Assembly (NCBI RefSeq): GCF_004010195.1
Contig: NC_057751.1
Span: forward strand, 15,669,677 to 15,733,676
Origin: Chiloscyllium plagiosum
Taxonomy: Eukaryota
Reading direction: 5' to 3'
Length of the DNA: 64,000 bases
Below, one piece after another: positions 62,726-64,000 of the stretch; within the stretch, counting starts at the first letter, position 1; every line of letters starts with the position of its first letter. Position numbers and translations under genes: made by a program. A model generated the notes under the pieces. It ran no database searches. It had not been told where the DNA came from and saw only the letters and a list, made by a program, of their open reading frames with translations.

Positions 62726-64000
62726 CTCTTTTAAACTGAGAGTAGAATTTTCTCTTCAAAACAGAAAGGAAATCTTCTTCGACACTGGATCTAACCCTGG
62801 GCTGTTCATCTCCTCAGACTGTTTGGTAGAGACAGAGTTAAAATACTAGCCGGTCTGTCTGATTTCATTCCTTTCTTTAGACTTTGTGGTAATTTGGTAC
62901 AACTGATTGGCTGGCGAACAATATGCATTTTTACAGTGTTAGTTACATGGTTGACGAAGACCAGCTTTTAAATCCAAAGTTCTTTTTTATTGAGTTCAAA
63001 CATGATCATTAGCCATGGTGCCATTTGAACCCGTATCCCCAGAGCCTTCGTGTGGGGTGCTATGTTACTCGTCCAGTGACACTAACACCACACCATACCA
63101 TCCTCCCTTGGGTAATAACTCCTGGGAGTGTCAAAACCACAAAAATACATCTTGAGATTTACACAAATGCCTTATGATTTTGAACTGGGATTATAACTTT
63201 GACATCCAACCTCCCCCTCCCCCACCACAGCTTACCCCTCTCATCACATCTCGAGAAGACAATTAAAGGACCCCTTACCTCTTCTTTGAACTTCAGACGT
63301 CTCTCAAAAGCCATTCTTCAATCCCCGAACTCCTCAATCAAACTGCCGCCGTGTGGTACCCATTATAGATTCCAAGTATAAACCGTCCAAACTGCTGCAT
63401 TCGGATGCAGCCTGTAACTTGCTCGAGGGTGTCCATTACTCTACAACAACATGCTTCTCAACCCTTTAATCAGCTTCCAGTCTCTCCCTGTAATCTCTCG
63501 GCCCCCCCAGTGAGAAACAAATAGTCCGTTAAATAACAGCATCTTTGCATTTTATTTACAGTGGGCTGATACATATTTAACAAGTAAAAAATATTTTTTG
63601 TATATGTCATCGCGACAAATTCTTTGGAAAAAGAAACAAAGGTCCCCTTTTAAAAACAGTTTTTTTTTTGGGAAAAAAACATGCAAGTAAACGGGAAACT
63701 CTCAGATGGGCTGCAAGTGGAAATCCGACATTACAAGTTTCCAAAGCCCTGATTCCTCAAAGCCTTCCATAAAGCGTTCAATTTTGGGTTCATCGACGCG
63801 AGTCCGGCATGGAACACAAAGGAGGCTTTTTCTTTCTTTAGTTCAGGCAAGCCTTCTCCGGAATGTTCCACCCACAAACGCAGGACTCTGTTTTACCCCT
63901 CTTGAGGCCTGCATCTCTGGCACACGCACGCACGCACACATACACACACATAAAGGCAGGCACGTGGCCAGCTACTGTCAACGCCAAAGTAAGCCGCAGC

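Overview
Eukaryotic (vertebrate) genomic DNA. The repeat content (HE1/V-SINE-type SINEs, abundant CR1 LINEs, Penelope-like elements) points to a cartilaginous fish, most likely a shark (inference). It holds two complete, divergently oriented multi-exon genes read directly from splice sites and peptide motifs. CNNM4 (Mg2+ transporter) is on the minus strand: 7 core coding exons, 28293 to 7326, about 780 aa. LMAN2L/VIPL (L-type lectin) is on the plus strand: 8 core coding exons plus a 33-nt cassette exon, 41597 to 58849, 326/337 aa. This head-to-head arrangement matches human 2q11.2. The 12-kb intergenic region is almost wall-to-wall transposon debris. Most notable observations: (1) minimal hammerhead-ribozyme cores in three distinct Penelope-like terminal-repeat families, one of which sits next to both promoters; (2) a CNNM4 promoter with 13 CCAAT boxes on a degenerate ~160-bp period; (3) two frame-preserving candidate cassette exons in CNNM4 intron 5, one carrying RxRxxS/KRxS kinase motifs; (4) an LMAN2L intron whose removal regenerates its own 5' splice site; (5) a 33-nt LMAN2L cassette exon resembling the human one, preceded by a GCAUG-containing minisatellite. 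Exon coordinates were counted by hand; repeat boundaries are approximate. No database searches were run.
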